DNA of 32,000 nucleotides from Desulfobulbus propionicus DSM 2032 (GCF_000186885.1 NC_014972.1:2820001-2852000); one strand, 5' to 3'; positions 10,863 through 20,695 are shown, counted from the stretch's first letter. Made by a program: numbers and translations. The notes: generated by a model not told the origin, from the letters alone.

Positions 10863-11225
10863 TGACCGGTCATTCCTCCATGAGGTCAGTGGCTGGAAAA
10901 CGCCGATGGGTATCAGCTGTATAAAGATAGATGTTCGCTAATTGGAAAGAACGGCGAGAGGATAGCCAACGCCATTATGTCCGCGCGTTTTCGCGTTCGG
11001 GTAGCTTTAACGAAAGAAGTCTATGGGGTGATGTTCTAGTTAACTATTGGCAAACCGGGCATTGGGGACCGGACGGATCCCGATGATCGAGATAACTGTT
11101 CATTTGACCGCCATCGCACTGCTGGACGGGCCCATCAGGATTCGGTCAAATTATGTATCGGATGCGTGAAATATCAGAACAAGAAACCGATGACTGGAAA
11201 TCGATCCGTTGAGATGCTACCGTGC

Positions 11226-11254
11226 TAAATATTTGTTTCACGTAGGCGTGTCAA
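11226..11254 (-). promoter_or_regulatory. Candidate sigma-70 promoter for rho (TTGACA-N17-TATTTA)
   Basis: On the minus strand, TTGACA lies at 11254..11249 and TATTTA at 11231..11226, with a 17-nt spacer. This promoter would give a leader of about 350 nt before the rho ATG. Confidence 0.4.
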
Positions 11255-11271
11255 GTACTTTCTCGACGAAA

Positions 11272-11877
11272 TCAGACCGGAAAGCACTCGGAAAGCTTAT
11301 CGCCCAGGGCGATCACCTGTAGCCTGGTGCGTGTCCAAGCGCCGCTGTTGTCGATGCAGTAATCCGCCCGCTTCGCCTTCTCCCGTAGATCCATTTGCGC
11401 GGCCACCGCTTGTGCCGCCTTGTGCCGGGAAACCCCATCCCGCTGCATGATTCGGCAGCACTGCACTCCCCGCCGGGCATACACCACGAGCACCGCCTGC
11501 ATCTCATTGTCCCACCCCGCCTCATAGAGCAGCGGCACCTCGACCAAAATCAGTGCATGCCGGTGGCTGGCCACCGCTCGGTGCATCGCCGCACGCGCCA
11601 GCGGATGGAGCAGACCGTCGACCTGCTGCCGAAATTGGGGCTCGCTGAACAGACGCTCACGCAGAGCGACCCGATCCAGCTCGCCGGAGGGACGAAGGAA
11701 GGCATTGCCAAAGGCGGCACGCAAGGCCAGCCAACCAGGTTGATCGATATCCAGAAGATGACGGCAGCATTGGTCGACATCGATCAGCGGCGCCAGACAG
11801 TAGCTGGCCAACAGACGGCTGACGCAACTTTTGCCTGAGCCGATTCCCCCGGTTATGCCGAGCAAAAAGGGCTGCAT
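11272..11877 (-). CDS. coaE: Dephospho-CoA kinase
   Basis: The N-terminus is MQPFLLGITGGIGSGKS, a P-loop. The ATG at 11877 overlaps the rluD stop codon (TGATG), and the longer ORF-track start would overlap rluD extensively. Confidence 0.88.
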   Translation of the reverse strand: MQPFLLGITGGIGSGKSCVSRLLASYCLAPLIDVDQCCRHLLDIDQPGWLALRAAFGNAFLRPSGELDRVALRERLFSEPQFRQQVDGLLHPLARAAMHRAVASHRHALILVEVPLLYEAGWDNEMQAVLVVYARRGVQCCRIMQRDGVSRHKAAQAVAAQMDLREKAKRADYCIDNSGAWTRTRLQVIALGDKLSECFPV

Positions 11878-12917
11878 CAGCCGAGTGTCCGGACGAGGTT
11901 GAGGATATCCTGCATATCGGCCCACAAAGGCGCCGTCAGGCACATCTCCTCGTTGGTCAGCGGATGATGGAAGCGCAGCGTGCTTGCGTGCAACATCTGC
12001 CTTGGCGGCTTGATCGGGGCCCCGCGTTCCACCCTGCCCCCATAGAGTGCATCTCCGGCAACCGGTGCCCGCAGAGAGGCCATATGAACACGGATCTGAT
12101 GCGTCCTGCCGGTTTCAATGCCAATTTCGACCAGGCACCAGCCATTGATGAAGGATTCGAGAACGCGCCAGTGCGTGGCAGCGTACTTGCCCTGGTCAGG
12201 GCGGATGGCCATTTTTTTTCGATCGACCGGATGCCTGCCGATGGGTGCCACCAGGCGTCCCTCCCGTTCCCGGGGGCTACGCAACAGCAGTGCATGGTAG
12301 GTTTTGTGGATCTTCCGGTTTTTGAAATCCGCCATCAGGCTACGAAGCGACCGCTCCGATTTCGCCACCAGCATCACCCCGGAGGTGTCCTTGTCCAACC
12401 GATGGACAATCCCCGGGCGGCCAGCATCCAATGCGGGGAGATCCTGACAGTGATAGAGCAACCCATGCACCAGGGTTCCGCCGCCATGGCCGCAGGCCGG
12501 ATGAACGACCAGCCCCGGTGGTTTACCGATGACCAGCAGATGCTCATCTTCAAACAGTATGGAAAAATCGATTTTTTCAGGGGCAAGATCAAGAGACGGG
12601 GTAGGCGGGAAGGAAACGGTGATGATTTCATCCTGGTGAAGACGATACCCAGCCTTCACCTGCTGCCCGTTGACGAGCACATGGGCAGCCCCTATGAGTT
12701 TGCCGATGGCGGAGCGTGACTGCTCGGGAAGCTGGCGGATGAGGTAGTGATCAAGGCGTTGACCTTGGTCGCCGGAGGTCACCATGAACTCGGCGTCTGT
12801 CGTAATCGGCGCCGGCTGTTGCCAGGAATCAGCCTGCCCATCGTCGTCCACCAGGTCATACCAATCGACCGGTGACCCGGTAAAATTAACAGAACAACTT
12901 TTCGATCTGCTGCTCAA
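11877..12917 (-). CDS. rluD: RluA/RluD-family 23S rRNA pseudouridine synthase
   Basis: An S4-like N-terminal region (GQRLDHYLIRQL) precedes the catalytic motif HRLDKDTSGVMLVAK. The start is uncertain. The ATG at 12917 overlaps carD by 32 nt, and an alternative ATG at 12785 (MVTSGDQGQRLD) would give a more typical length. Confidence 0.82.
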   Translation of the reverse strand: MSSRSKSCSVNFTGSPVDWYDLVDDDGQADSWQQPAPITTDAEFMVTSGDQGQRLDHYLIRQLPEQSRSAIGKLIGAAHVLVNGQQVKAGYRLHQDEIITVSFPPTPSLDLAPEKIDFSILFEDEHLLVIGKPPGLVVHPACGHGGGTLVHGLLYHCQDLPALDAGRPGIVHRLDKDTSGVMLVAKSERSLRSLMADFKNRKIHKTYHALLLRSPREREGRLVAPIGRHPVDRKKMAIRPDQGKYAATHWRVLESFINGWCLVEIGIETGRTHQIRVHMASLRAPVAGDALYGGRVERGAPIKPPRQMLHASTLRFHHPLTNEEMCLTAPLWADMQDILNLVRTLG

Positions 12918-13365
12918 TCATCCCCTCTTCCATCTGCTTGGCCAGCGACAACTCCTTGACCAGGAGATTCTTCGCGGTATCCAGCATTTTACGTTCGCCA
13001 TACGAGAGATCTTTATCTTCCTTCAACAAAAAAAGATCGCGCAACACCACCGCCACCTCAAACACCGATCCGGTTTTGATTTTTTCCATGTACTCACGGT
13101 ATCGACGATTCCAGGTTTGTGCCGTGATTTTGATGTCGCGTTCCTTGAGGATATCGATGACCTTGGGAACGTCCTCACCGGAAATAATAGCTCGCAAACC
13201 GACATTGGCACTGGTAGCGGTCGGTATCATGATGGTCATATCGTTATCGAGAATTTTCATCACATAAAAACTCTGGTCGATGCCACCGATGCTTTGCGTT
13301 TTTATGGCTTCAATCAGGCCAACGCCATGAGCCGGATAGACCGCCATATCACCTTTTGAAAACAC
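12886..13365 (-). CDS. carD: CarD/CdnL-family RNA polymerase-binding transcription factor
   Basis: The sequence MFSKGDMAVYPAHGVGLIEAIKTQSIGGIDQSFYVMKIL... matches the CarD_CdnL_TRCF N-terminal domain, and a helical C-terminal domain follows. Confidence 0.88.
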   Translation of the reverse strand: MFSKGDMAVYPAHGVGLIEAIKTQSIGGIDQSFYVMKILDNDMTIMIPTATSANVGLRAIISGEDVPKVIDILKERDIKITAQTWNRRYREYMEKIKTGSVFEVAVVLRDLFLLKEDKDLSYGERKMLDTAKNLLVKELSLAKQMEEGMIEQQIEKLFC

Positions 13366-13429
13366 ATGACCCTCCGAGAACTGAAATAGACATACGCTAG
13401 CCCAAGACTCAGCGTATTACTAAAGTATT

Positions 13430-13458
13430 ATGATAGCATATTTTTTGCCTATTGGCAA
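13430..13458 (-). promoter_or_regulatory. Candidate sigma-70 promoter for carD (TTGCCA-N17-TATCAT)
   Basis: On the minus strand, TTGCCA lies at 13458..13453 and TATCAT at 13435..13430, with a 17-nt spacer, about 65 nt upstream of the carD ATG. The -35 element sits inside the small palindrome TTTGCC-tatt-GGCAAA. Confidence 0.45.
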
Positions 13459-13583
13459 AGACTGGATGGCAATTATCGGAGAGAAAGAAGAGGATGGGAA
13501 AAACCCTCCATGATTTCCTGGAGCTATGCTGCCTGAAGCAAATCACTGGGGCGTTCGAGGTTGACCAAATAGGCCGAAGCGGC

Positions 13584-14174
13584 TTATCGCCCGTTGATTC
13601 GATTCATGCACCGGTCAACGCCTTCCTGGATGAACACGGCGACCGCTTCCGCCACCAATGTCTTGCGCTGCTCAAACAGGCTCATTTCGGCATCACCCAT
13701 TCGCCCCAGCACAAATTGATCGACGGGTTGCCCTTGCCCCACCTCGTCCACGACGGGACGACCGACGCCGATCTTCAGCCGGGCAAATTCCGTGGTGCCA
13801 AGGTGCTGGGCCACGGAACGAACGCCATTGTGTCCTCCAGCGCCCCCTTTGGCCACCAGCTTGATCCGGCCGGCGCTCAGATCGATATCATCGTGGAGGA
13901 TCAAAAGATTACATAGAGGAATCTTGAAATAATCGACAAAACTTCGAACACTCTCCCCGGACCGATTCATGTAGGTTTGCGGTTTCAGAAAATACAGTTG
14001 GTGGCCATGGGCGCGGCCGTGACAATACAACCCCTGCATTTTTTGGGTTTCAATCAGCAACCCCTGAAGCCCTGCGAGATGATCAAGAAAGAAAAAACCA
14101 ATATTATGACGGGAAAGATGATATTCCCGCCCTGGATTGCCCAGGCCGACGAGAAGAAACCGTGAATCCGTCAT
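13584..14174 (-). CDS. pth: Peptidyl-tRNA hydrolase
   Basis: The N-terminus MTDSRFLLVGLGNPGREYHLSRHNIGF and the motif GGHNGVRS are canonical Pth motifs. Confidence 0.93.
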   Translation of the reverse strand: MTDSRFLLVGLGNPGREYHLSRHNIGFFFLDHLAGLQGLLIETQKMQGLYCHGRAHGHQLYFLKPQTYMNRSGESVRSFVDYFKIPLCNLLILHDDIDLSAGRIKLVAKGGAGGHNGVRSVAQHLGTTEFARLKIGVGRPVVDEVGQGQPVDQFVLGRMGDAEMSLFEQRKTLVAEAVAVFIQEGVDRCMNRINGR

Positions 14175-14187
14175 GGATGAAAAAGAG

Positions 14188-14222
14188 GCAAAAACAAAAC
14201 GAGCCGAAAAAATTTCGGCTCG
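14188..14222 (-). terminator. Intrinsic terminator downstream of ctc and immediately upstream of pth
   Basis: The minus-strand RNA reads CGAGCCGAA-AUUUU-UUCGGCUCG followed by UUUUGUUUUUG. This is a perfect 9-10 bp stem with a U-tract. Confidence 0.65.
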
Positions 14223-14271
14223 ATATCAGCAATGATGCAGGAAGCAGCGTCTCTGCTTCCTCACGAAGGCG

Positions 14272-14829
14272 TTATTGAACAGCCACACAGACGGTGCTTG
14301 CTTTCTCCAACATCTCCACCTTTTCGGGAAGGGGCAGATCGCCATAGGTGATTCCCGCCCCGCCCTGCTCCAATGGGGTGATATCGACTTGGATCACGTC
14401 GGGAATATCCAACGGACATCCCCGCAATTGCACACTGTCTCTGAACACCTGCAATTCCCCTCCCAGATCCACCCCCTTGGCGGTACCGACATACTCCACG
14501 GGCACAGTAAATTTGGCGGCTTTGTTGAGATCGATTTCAAGGAAATCGACATGCAATAAGCTACCGGTCACCGGGGCCTTCTGAATTTCCTGTACAAGCA
14601 CGTGCCGCTCGCCCTTGTCGTCACCCTCGATCTTCAGAGTGATCACTGCATTGCGGCCATGAATGAACAACAGGCTTTTATAGAGTTTCGCTGTCTCCAC
14701 CTGCAAGGACACGGATTTATTGCCGCCACTATACAGATTGGCAGGGGTGATGCTTTGCATCCGCAACTGCCGCATCGGCCCCTTGCCAAAAACCGTGCGC
14801 ACTGAAGACTCGACATTTACCTGTAACAT
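14272..14829 (-). CDS. rplY: 50S ribosomal protein L25 / general stress protein Ctc
   Basis: This 185-aa protein has an L25/Ctc N-terminal domain (R..FGKG..R.LR....IPANLYG-like: VRTVFGKGPMRQLRMQSITPANLYSGG) followed by a C-terminal beta domain. Confidence 0.9.
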   Translation of the reverse strand: MLQVNVESSVRTVFGKGPMRQLRMQSITPANLYSGGNKSVSLQVETAKLYKSLLFIHGRNAVITLKIEGDDKGERHVLVQEIQKAPVTGSLLHVDFLEIDLNKAAKFTVPVEYVGTAKGVDLGGELQVFRDSVQLRGCPLDIPDVIQVDITPLEQGGAGITYGDLPLPEKVEMLEKASTVCVAVQ

Positions 14830-14884
14830 AACAACCCTCCCCCCATACTCCGGGATCTATAACAATTCGTTATTATACTAAAAA

Positions 14885-15823
14885 TTATACAAACAAATAA
14901 CTGACGGAATCTTCGTTATGGATCCTGCTGATCGCCTCGCCCAGCAGCGCCCCCACCGACAGCACTGTTATTTTCTCACACTGTCTCGCCTCCTCCCGAA
15001 GCGGGATGGAATTGGTCACCAGAAGGGACCGCAGACAGGATTGACTGATACGCTCTATGGCTGGGCCGGACAGCACCGCATGCGAACAGCAGGCATGCAC
15101 TTCTTTGGCCCCGACTTTTTTCAAAATTTCGGCACCCCCACAGAGGGTACCAGCGGTGTCCACAATATCATCAAGGAGAATAGCGGTTTTGCCGGCAACA
15201 TCGCCGATGACGTGGACAGCCTCGCACTCATTGGCCCGTTCCCGGCGCTTGTCGATGATCGCAAGTCCTGCATTCAGCCGCTTGGCGAAAGCGCGCGTTC
15301 GCTCCACACCGCCAGCATCGGGAGAAACCATGACTACATCGGTGAAACTCTCCCGTATGTATTTCAAGATAATGGGAGCCGCATACAGATGATCGACCGG
15401 AATATTGAAAAATCCCTGAATCTGCCCGGCGTGCAGGTCCATGCACAATACCCTTCGGGTGCCCACCACCATCAGCATCTCGGCAACAGCCTTGGCAGTA
15501 ATTGGAACACGGGGACGCACTTTCCGATCCTGACGGGCGTAGCCGTAATAGGGCATCACCGCCGTAATCCGCCGGGCGGACGCGCGGCGCAAGGCATCGA
15601 CCATGATCAACAACTCCATAAGATTGTCGTTGACCGGCGTACAGGTAGGCTGAACAACAAAAACATCGGCGCCACGTACATTTTCGCCGATTTCAACAGA
15701 AATTTCACCATCGGAAAACTGCTTCACTTCGGCCGCGCCAAGCGGCACATTCAGGTATTCACAGATTTCCTTGGCGATCGCCGGATTGGCATTGCCGGTG
15801 AAAATTTTCATTTTTTTGGGCAT
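14885..15823 (-). CDS. prs: Ribose-phosphate pyrophosphokinase
   Basis: The N-terminus is [20 protein letters not shown]. The PRPP-binding loop reads [13 protein letters not shown], and the motif YARQDRK is present. The ATG at 15823 is preferred over the TTG at 15832. Confidence 0.93.
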   Translation of the reverse strand: MPKKMKIFTGNANPAIAKEICEYLNVPLGAAEVKQFSDGEISVEIGENVRGADVFVVQPTCTPVNDNLMELLIMVDALRRASARRITAVMPYYGYARQDRKVRPRVPITAKAVAEMLMVVGTRRVLCMDLHAGQIQGFFNIPVDHLYAAPIILKYIRESFTDVVMVSPDAGGVERTRAFAKRLNAGLAIIDKRRERANECEAVHVIGDVAGKTAILLDDIVDTAGTLCGGAEILKKVGAKEVHACCSHAVLSGPAIERISQSCLRSLLVTNSIPLREEARQCEKITVLSVGALLGEAISRIHNEDSVSYLFV

Positions 15824-15845
15824 GACGCGCAACTTATTTTAAGAG

Positions 15846-15920
15846 TGGCTGGGGCGGGAGGATTCGAACCCCCGAATGCAAGGATCAAAACCTTGTGTCT
15901 TACCGCTTGACGACGCCCCA
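15846..15920 (-). tRNA. tRNA-Gln (anticodon UUG), with CCA encoded
   Basis: The reverse complement is TGGGGCGTCGTCAAGCGGTAAGACACAAGGTTTTGATCCTTGCATTCGGGGGTTCGAATCCTCCCGCCCCAGCCA. It folds as a cloverleaf with anticodon loop TTTTGAT, and it closely parallels E. coli tRNA-Gln2. Confidence 0.92.
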
Positions 15921-15955
15921 GTCCATGACCAGAAACACTGAGCGGACAGTGGTAC

Positions 15956-16864
15956 TCATTCTTCCTCAACAGGATCTACCAGGTAGGTGTACACAAACCG
16001 GCTCTTGAAACGAATGAAGCCGACTTCCGCCTGCTGCCGATTACTGAATACACCAAAGACCGTCGGCCCTGATCCAGACATCAACGCTCCGACCGCCCCG
16101 CTTTCGACCAACCCCGCCTTGATCTGTTCGATTTGCGGGTGTCGGGCGAGCGTGACCCGTTCGAGATCGTTGCACGATCGCGCTGCCCATGATTCCGGCA
16201 GAAGGGGCTCGCGAGGGGTGAAGGACCGATCAATATCTTCCTGCGAATTTTTTAGGTTACTCCCAATTTTATCCACTGTCAACGCAAAATTCTGATACAC
16301 CCAGCGGGTCGAAACCGGAATACCGGGATTGACCAGAACAAGGCTACATCCCTTCAGCGGCGGGACGGGATGCAGCTGCTCCCCAATACCGGTGGCGATT
16401 GCCGCCGGGGCAGTGGCAAGAAAAAAGGGCACATCCGCACCCAGGCGGAGCCCCATGGCGGCCAACTCCGCGCCGGAACAACCGCATTGATACAGTTCAT
16501 TCAATCCATTGAGGGTCGCCGCCGCATCGCTGCTGCCACCACCCAGGCCCGCCGCCACCGGAATCCTCTTGGTCAGCGACACGCGCACCCCATTGGCATC
16601 CCCTTTTCGTCGCCCTTGGGTTTCCCGCAAAAACAGTTCCGCCGCTCGGTAAACGATATTGTCCCTGTTTTCCGGAAGGGTGCCGTTAACACAGTGCAGA
16701 TGGATGCCCTCGGCGCAGGCCTGCACTTCTATTTCGTCATAAAGGCCGACCTTCTGCATCAACGTGTCCAGCAAATGATAGCCGTCGGCTCGCCGCCCGA
16801 TCACTTTGAGATAAAGATTGACCTTTGCCGGCGCCCGGAGAAGGAGTTGCTCCCGCTGCATCAT
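15956..16864 (-). CDS. ispE: 4-diphosphocytidyl-2-C-methyl-D-erythritol kinase
   Basis: The N-terminal region reads APAKVNLYLKVIGRRADGYHLLDTL, and the GHMP kinase motif is IPVAAGLGGGSSDAAATL. Confidence 0.92.
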   Translation of the reverse strand: MMQREQLLLRAPAKVNLYLKVIGRRADGYHLLDTLMQKVGLYDEIEVQACAEGIHLHCVNGTLPENRDNIVYRAAELFLRETQGRRKGDANGVRVSLTKRIPVAAGLGGGSSDAAATLNGLNELYQCGCSGAELAAMGLRLGADVPFFLATAPAAIATGIGEQLHPVPPLKGCSLVLVNPGIPVSTRWVYQNFALTVDKIGSNLKNSQEDIDRSFTPREPLLPESWAARSCNDLERVTLARHPQIEQIKAGLVESGAVGALMSGSGPTVFGVFSNRQQAEVGFIRFKSRFVYTYLVDPVEEE

Positions 16865-16883
16865 CTCAATCGAACGAAGAAAT

Positions 16884-17198
16884 TCAGGATAACTTGACGA
16901 ATCGTATCTTCAACTCGTAGAGAATGCGGGTGAGCAATTCATTTTCATCGGGGTCGAGATTCCCCTGGGTCTTGTAGGCCAGCAGGGCCAAGGTGTCGAT
17001 GGTATGCTTGGCCAGCTCACGGTCGACAATCCGCTGCCCGGTTTCCGGATGCGGCAGTTCTCCCATGTGATAGAGGGCGGAGGTGTTCAACGAGAGAATA
17101 AACGAGGCAAACGTCACCTCCGGCATCACGCACCGGCCTGAGGCATCGCGTACCCGGCCCTCTGGACATTCGTCGCAACTCGAGAGATTTTCTGTCAT
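16884..17198 (-). CDS. DUF1844 domain-containing protein of unknown function
   Basis: This 104-aa protein has the core FASFILSLNTSALYHMGELPHPETGQ...DRELAKHTIDTLALLAYKTQGNLDPDENELL..LYELK, which matches my recollection of the DUF1844 family pattern. Its stop lies 19 nt upstream of the ispE start. Confidence 0.7.
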   Translation of the reverse strand: MTENLSSCDECPEGRVRDASGRCVMPEVTFASFILSLNTSALYHMGELPHPETGQRIVDRELAKHTIDTLALLAYKTQGNLDPDENELLTRILYELKIRFVKLS

Positions 17199-17393
17199 AT
17201 CGCTTCACTCTGCATCAGTTCAATTTCCTCCCTGGCTGCGGTCGCCACCATAATGGCCAGTACCGTTGCAACTCAGACAGTTGCGGGAATATACCGGCAT
17301 TGCCCCCTGCCTACAAGGTGAAAGTAGCCCCTTGATCAGCCGTCGCCCTTGCACGGGCGAGCTCTCTTGACACCCTGACGGCTCAGCTTCTTG

Positions 17394-17422
17394 TTGAAGA
17401 GAAACCGGTTCGGCGCTATATA
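17394..17422 (+). promoter_or_regulatory. Candidate sigma-70 promoter for gltX-glnS (TTGAAG-N17-TATATA)
   Basis: TTGAAG lies at 17394..17399 and TATATA at 17417..17422, with a 17-nt spacer, about 60 nt upstream of the gltX ATG. Confidence 0.4.
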
Positions 17423-17483
17423 GTTGAGATTTCACGTCCAGAAGCGCCGAAGCAACAGGACACGATTCATCACAGGAGTTATC

Positions 17484-18971
17484 ATGGAAGAGGTACGCGT
17501 TCGCTTTCCCCCCAGCCCCACTGGCTACCTGCACATTGGAGGCGCGAGAACGGCGTTGTTCAATTGGCTTTTTGCCAAGCAACACAATGGCAAACTGATC
17601 CTGCGCATCGAGGATACCGACGAAGAACGATCCACCCAGGCGTCGATCGACGGCATTATCGACGGTCTGCAATGGCTGGGCATCGATTGGGACGAGGGAC
17701 CCTACTTCCAGACCGAATTCGCCGCCGACCACATTGCCGCCGCCAACCGGCTGCTGACCTCCGGCCACGCCTACAAATGCTTCTGCACCAAGGAAGAACT
17801 GGAACAGAAGCGTGAAGCGGCCATGGCCGCAAAACAACGCGATGTCGGCTACGACGGCACCTGCCGCCACCTCACCGCCGAGGAAATCCAAGCAAAGGAA
17901 GCACAGGACATCCCGGCGACAATCCGTTTCAAGGTCCCTGAACGGCCGGGCACGCTTTATTACGACGACGAGGTGTTGGGACGCATCGAACGCGCTTACA
18001 GCGAGATCGAGGATTTCGTCATCGTCCGCTCCAACGGCAAGCCGCTCTACCTGCTGTGCAACGTGGTCGACGACATCCGCGACCGCATCACCCACATCAT
18101 CCGCGGCCAGGACCACATGACCAACACCACCCGCCAGGTGCTGCTCTACGAGGCCCTGGGCGCCAAGCTGCCGGTATTCGCCCACATGCCGCTCACCCTG
18201 GACCTGCAGAAACGGAAGATCTCCAAGCGCAGCCACGGCGAGGTCGTGGCGGTCCAGTTTTACCGTGACCGGGGCTTCATCCCTTGGGCGGTGTGCAACT
18301 TCCTCTGTCTGCTTGGCTGGAACCCGGGCACGGACCAGGAATTCTTCTCCCGCGAGGAACTGATCCAGGCCTTCAGCCTCTCACGCATGAGCCGGGTCAA
18401 CTCGGTGTTCAACTATAAACCGGGCGATCCCAAATTCTTTACCGATCCCAAGCTGATAGCCATCAACGAGCACTACCTGCGCACCATGGATCTGGAAACG
18501 CTCGGCGAAATGGTGCGCAAGGAACTGGAGGCCGAAGGGCTGTGGAACCCGGCCTATGCCACCAGCCGTCGCGACTGGTATCTGGCGACCCTCGGCTTGA
18601 TCCGCGACCGCTTCCACACGCTCAAGGATTTCACCACCGCCGGCCGGGCCTATTTCTCCGACCAGTACAACATCGATCCCAAGCCGCTGGCCAAGAACGT
18701 GCTCAAGTTCCCGGAACTGGTGACGTGGCTGCCGCAGTTGGCGGAGCGTTTCGCCCAACTGGAGGACTTCAACGCCGAGGCCACCGAGCGAGTCAGCCGC
18801 GAACTGGCCGAGGAATTGGCCGTCAAGCCGGGCACCCTGATCAACGCCATGCGCACGGTGCTCACCGGACAGCTGGCCGGTCCGTCGATGTTTGACATCG
18901 TCATCACCCTAGGCAGGGAAAAGGTGGTGGCCCGCCTCAGTCATGTCGATCACCTGTTTGCCGCCGCCTAA
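17484..18971 (+). CDS. gltX: Glutamyl-tRNA synthetase
   Basis: [28 protein letters not shown] contains the HIGH motif, and KISKRS is the KMSKS motif. An AGGAG Shine-Dalgarno lies 6 nt upstream of the ATG at 17484. Confidence 0.93.
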   Translation: MEEVRVRFPPSPTGYLHIGGARTALFNWLFAKQHNGKLILRIEDTDEERSTQASIDGIIDGLQWLGIDWDEGPYFQTEFAADHIAAANRLLTSGHAYKCFCTKEELEQKREAAMAAKQRDVGYDGTCRHLTAEEIQAKEAQDIPATIRFKVPERPGTLYYDDEVLGRIERAYSEIEDFVIVRSNGKPLYLLCNVVDDIRDRITHIIRGQDHMTNTTRQVLLYEALGAKLPVFAHMPLTLDLQKRKISKRSHGEVVAVQFYRDRGFIPWAVCNFLCLLGWNPGTDQEFFSREELIQAFSLSRMSRVNSVFNYKPGDPKFFTDPKLIAINEHYLRTMDLETLGEMVRKELEAEGLWNPAYATSRRDWYLATLGLIRDRFHTLKDFTTAGRAYFSDQYNIDPKPLAKNVLKFPELVTWLPQLAERFAQLEDFNAEATERVSRELAEELAVKPGTLINAMRTVLTGQLAGPSMFDIVITLGREKVVARLSHVDHLFAAA

Positions 18972-18994
18972 TGCTAGTACACCGAAGGACAGCC

Positions 18995-20686
18995 ATGACC
19001 ACAGAGAAAGAAACCTCCGGCAAGCCGCTCGATTTCATCCGCCAGATCATCGCCGAGGACCTCGCCTCCGGCAAACACCGGACCATTGTCACCCGTTTTC
19101 CGCCCGAACCCAATGGCTTTCTCCACATCGGCCACGCCAAGTCGATCTGCCTCAACTTCGGGGTCGCGGTGGAGAACAACGCCACCTGCCATCTGCGCTT
19201 CGACGACACCAACCCGGACAAGGAATCGACCGAATATGTCGAATCGATCCAGCGGGATGTGCGCTGGCTGGGGTTCGACTGGGGCGAGCACCGCTACTAC
19301 GCCTCGGATTACTTCGACCAGCTGCACGACTTTGCCGTCCAACTGATCGGGATGGGCAAAGCCTACGTCTGCCACCTCAGCAGCGACGAGATCCGCGCAT
19401 ACCGCGGCACCCTGACCGAACCGGGCAAGGAGAGCCCGTACCGCAACCGATCGGTGGCGGAGAATCTCGATCTTTTTGCCCGGATGCGGGCCGGCGAGTT
19501 CGACGAGGGCACCTGCGTGCTCCGGGCCAAGATCGACATGGCCTCGCCCAACATCGTCATGCGCGATCCGGTGCTCTATCGCATTCTCAAATCCCACCAC
19601 CATCGGACCGGCGACAAATGGTGCATCTACCCGATGTACGATTTCACCCACTGCCTGTCCGACATGCTGGAAGGGATCACCCACAGCCTCTGCACCCTGG
19701 AGTTCGAAAACAATCGCGCCCTGTACGACTGGGTGCTCGATACCCTGCAAACCCCCAACCACCCGCGGCAAATCGAGTTTGCCCGCCTCAACATCAATTA
19801 CACCGTGACCAGCAAACGCAAGTTGCTGCAGTTGGTCACCGAAGGCCATGTCTCCGGTTGGGATGATCCGCGCATGCTGACCATCTCCGGCCTGCGACGC
19901 CGGGGCTATACCCCGGCCTCGATCCGCAATTTTTGCGCCACCATCGGCATCGGCAAGCGGGAATCGTGGATCGACATGGGGGTGCTGGAGAATGCGGTCC
20001 GCGACGACCTCAACGAACATGCCCGCCGTGTCTTTGGGGTGCTCGATCCACTCAAGATCGTGCTCACCAACTATCCCGAAGGCGAAACCGAGGAGGTGGT
20101 GGCCCAGAATCATCCCCAGAATCCGGCCATGGGCGAGCGGCGGGTGCCGTTTTCCCGCGAGATCTACATCGAGCGGTCGGACTTCATGGAGGATGCGCCA
20201 AAGAAATTCTTCCGCCTCAGCGTCGGTCGCGAGGTACGGCTCCGCTATGCCTATCTGATCACCTGCCAGGAGGTGATCAAGAACGAGCGGGGCGAGGTGG
20301 TGGAACTGCGTTGCACCTATGATCCGGACAGCCGTGGCGGCACCGCTCCCGACGGCCGCAAGGTCAAGGGCACCATCCATTGGGTATCGGCCCCCCATGC
20401 CCTGCGGGCCGAGGTGCGGCTTTATGACCGGCTGTTCACCGCCGAGTACCCGGATGCGGACAAGGAACGAAATTTCAAAGAGTTTCTCAACCCACACTCC
20501 CTCACGCTGCTGAGCGAGTGCATGCTGGAACCGGGGTTGGCCCAAGCCACCATTGAGGATCGCTTCCAGTTCGAGCGACAGGGGTACTTCTGCCTCGATA
20601 ATGGGGCGAGCCGTCCGGACAGACCGGTGTTCAACCGGATCGTCACCCTGCGCGACAGCTGGGCCAAACTCAACGAATCCGCTTAG
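18995..20686 (+). CDS. glnS: Glutaminyl-tRNA synthetase
   Basis: The N-terminal region reads [51 protein letters not shown]. The motifs [12 protein letters not shown] and VTSKRKL (KMSKS-type) follow, with the C-terminal anticodon-binding beta-barrels. Confidence 0.95.
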   Translation: MTTEKETSGKPLDFIRQIIAEDLASGKHRTIVTRFPPEPNGFLHIGHAKSICLNFGVAVENNATCHLRFDDTNPDKESTEYVESIQRDVRWLGFDWGEHRYYASDYFDQLHDFAVQLIGMGKAYVCHLSSDEIRAYRGTLTEPGKESPYRNRSVAENLDLFARMRAGEFDEGTCVLRAKIDMASPNIVMRDPVLYRILKSHHHRTGDKWCIYPMYDFTHCLSDMLEGITHSLCTLEFENNRALYDWVLDTLQTPNHPRQIEFARLNINYTVTSKRKLLQLVTEGHVSGWDDPRMLTISGLRRRGYTPASIRNFCATIGIGKRESWIDMGVLENAVRDDLNEHARRVFGVLDPLKIVLTNYPEGETEEVVAQNHPQNPAMGERRVPFSREIYIERSDFMEDAPKKFFRLSVGREVRLRYAYLITCQEVIKNERGEVVELRCTYDPDSRGGTAPDGRKVKGTIHWVSAPHALRAEVRLYDRLFTAEYPDADKERNFKEFLNPHSLTLLSECMLEPGLAQATIEDRFQFERQGYFCLDNGASRPDRPVFNRIVTLRDSWAKLNESA

Positions 20687-20695
20687 GAGTACCCC

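Noticed and set aside
10980-11130. A short ORF (for example MGPSSSAMAVK on the minus strand) in the rho leader might be a leader peptide.
   Set aside because: It has no Shine-Dalgarno and no recognisable regulatory codon pattern, and an ORF this short is expected by chance.
12886-12917. A 32-nt coding overlap between the carD 3' end and the rluD 5' end might represent a functional overlap.
   Set aside because: It is more likely a start-codon over-extension. The ATG at 12785 sits just before the conserved S4-like segment and would remove the overlap. The sequence alone cannot decide.
14239-14261. The GGAAGCAGC motif is reminiscent of the SRP (4.5S) RNA conserved core.
   Set aside because: It is part of a simple 9-bp hairpin right after the ctc stop. 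The rest of the SRP domain IV consensus and the long helix are absent.
18974-20545. A 523-aa ORF lies antisense to glnS. Similar long antisense ORFs occur at 2667..3998 (versus the NtrC-type regulator), 5936..6658 (versus murA), 7255..8082 (versus prmC), 8046..9155 (versus prfA), 17220..18236 (versus gltX), 21706..22806 and 22960..23703 (versus feoB), and 30508..31980 (versus sppA).
   Set aside because: Each overlaps a confidently identified conserved gene on the opposite strand. All have biased Gly/Arg/His/Asp composition and lack motifs, start-site signals or operon logic. I treat them as GC-bias artefacts.
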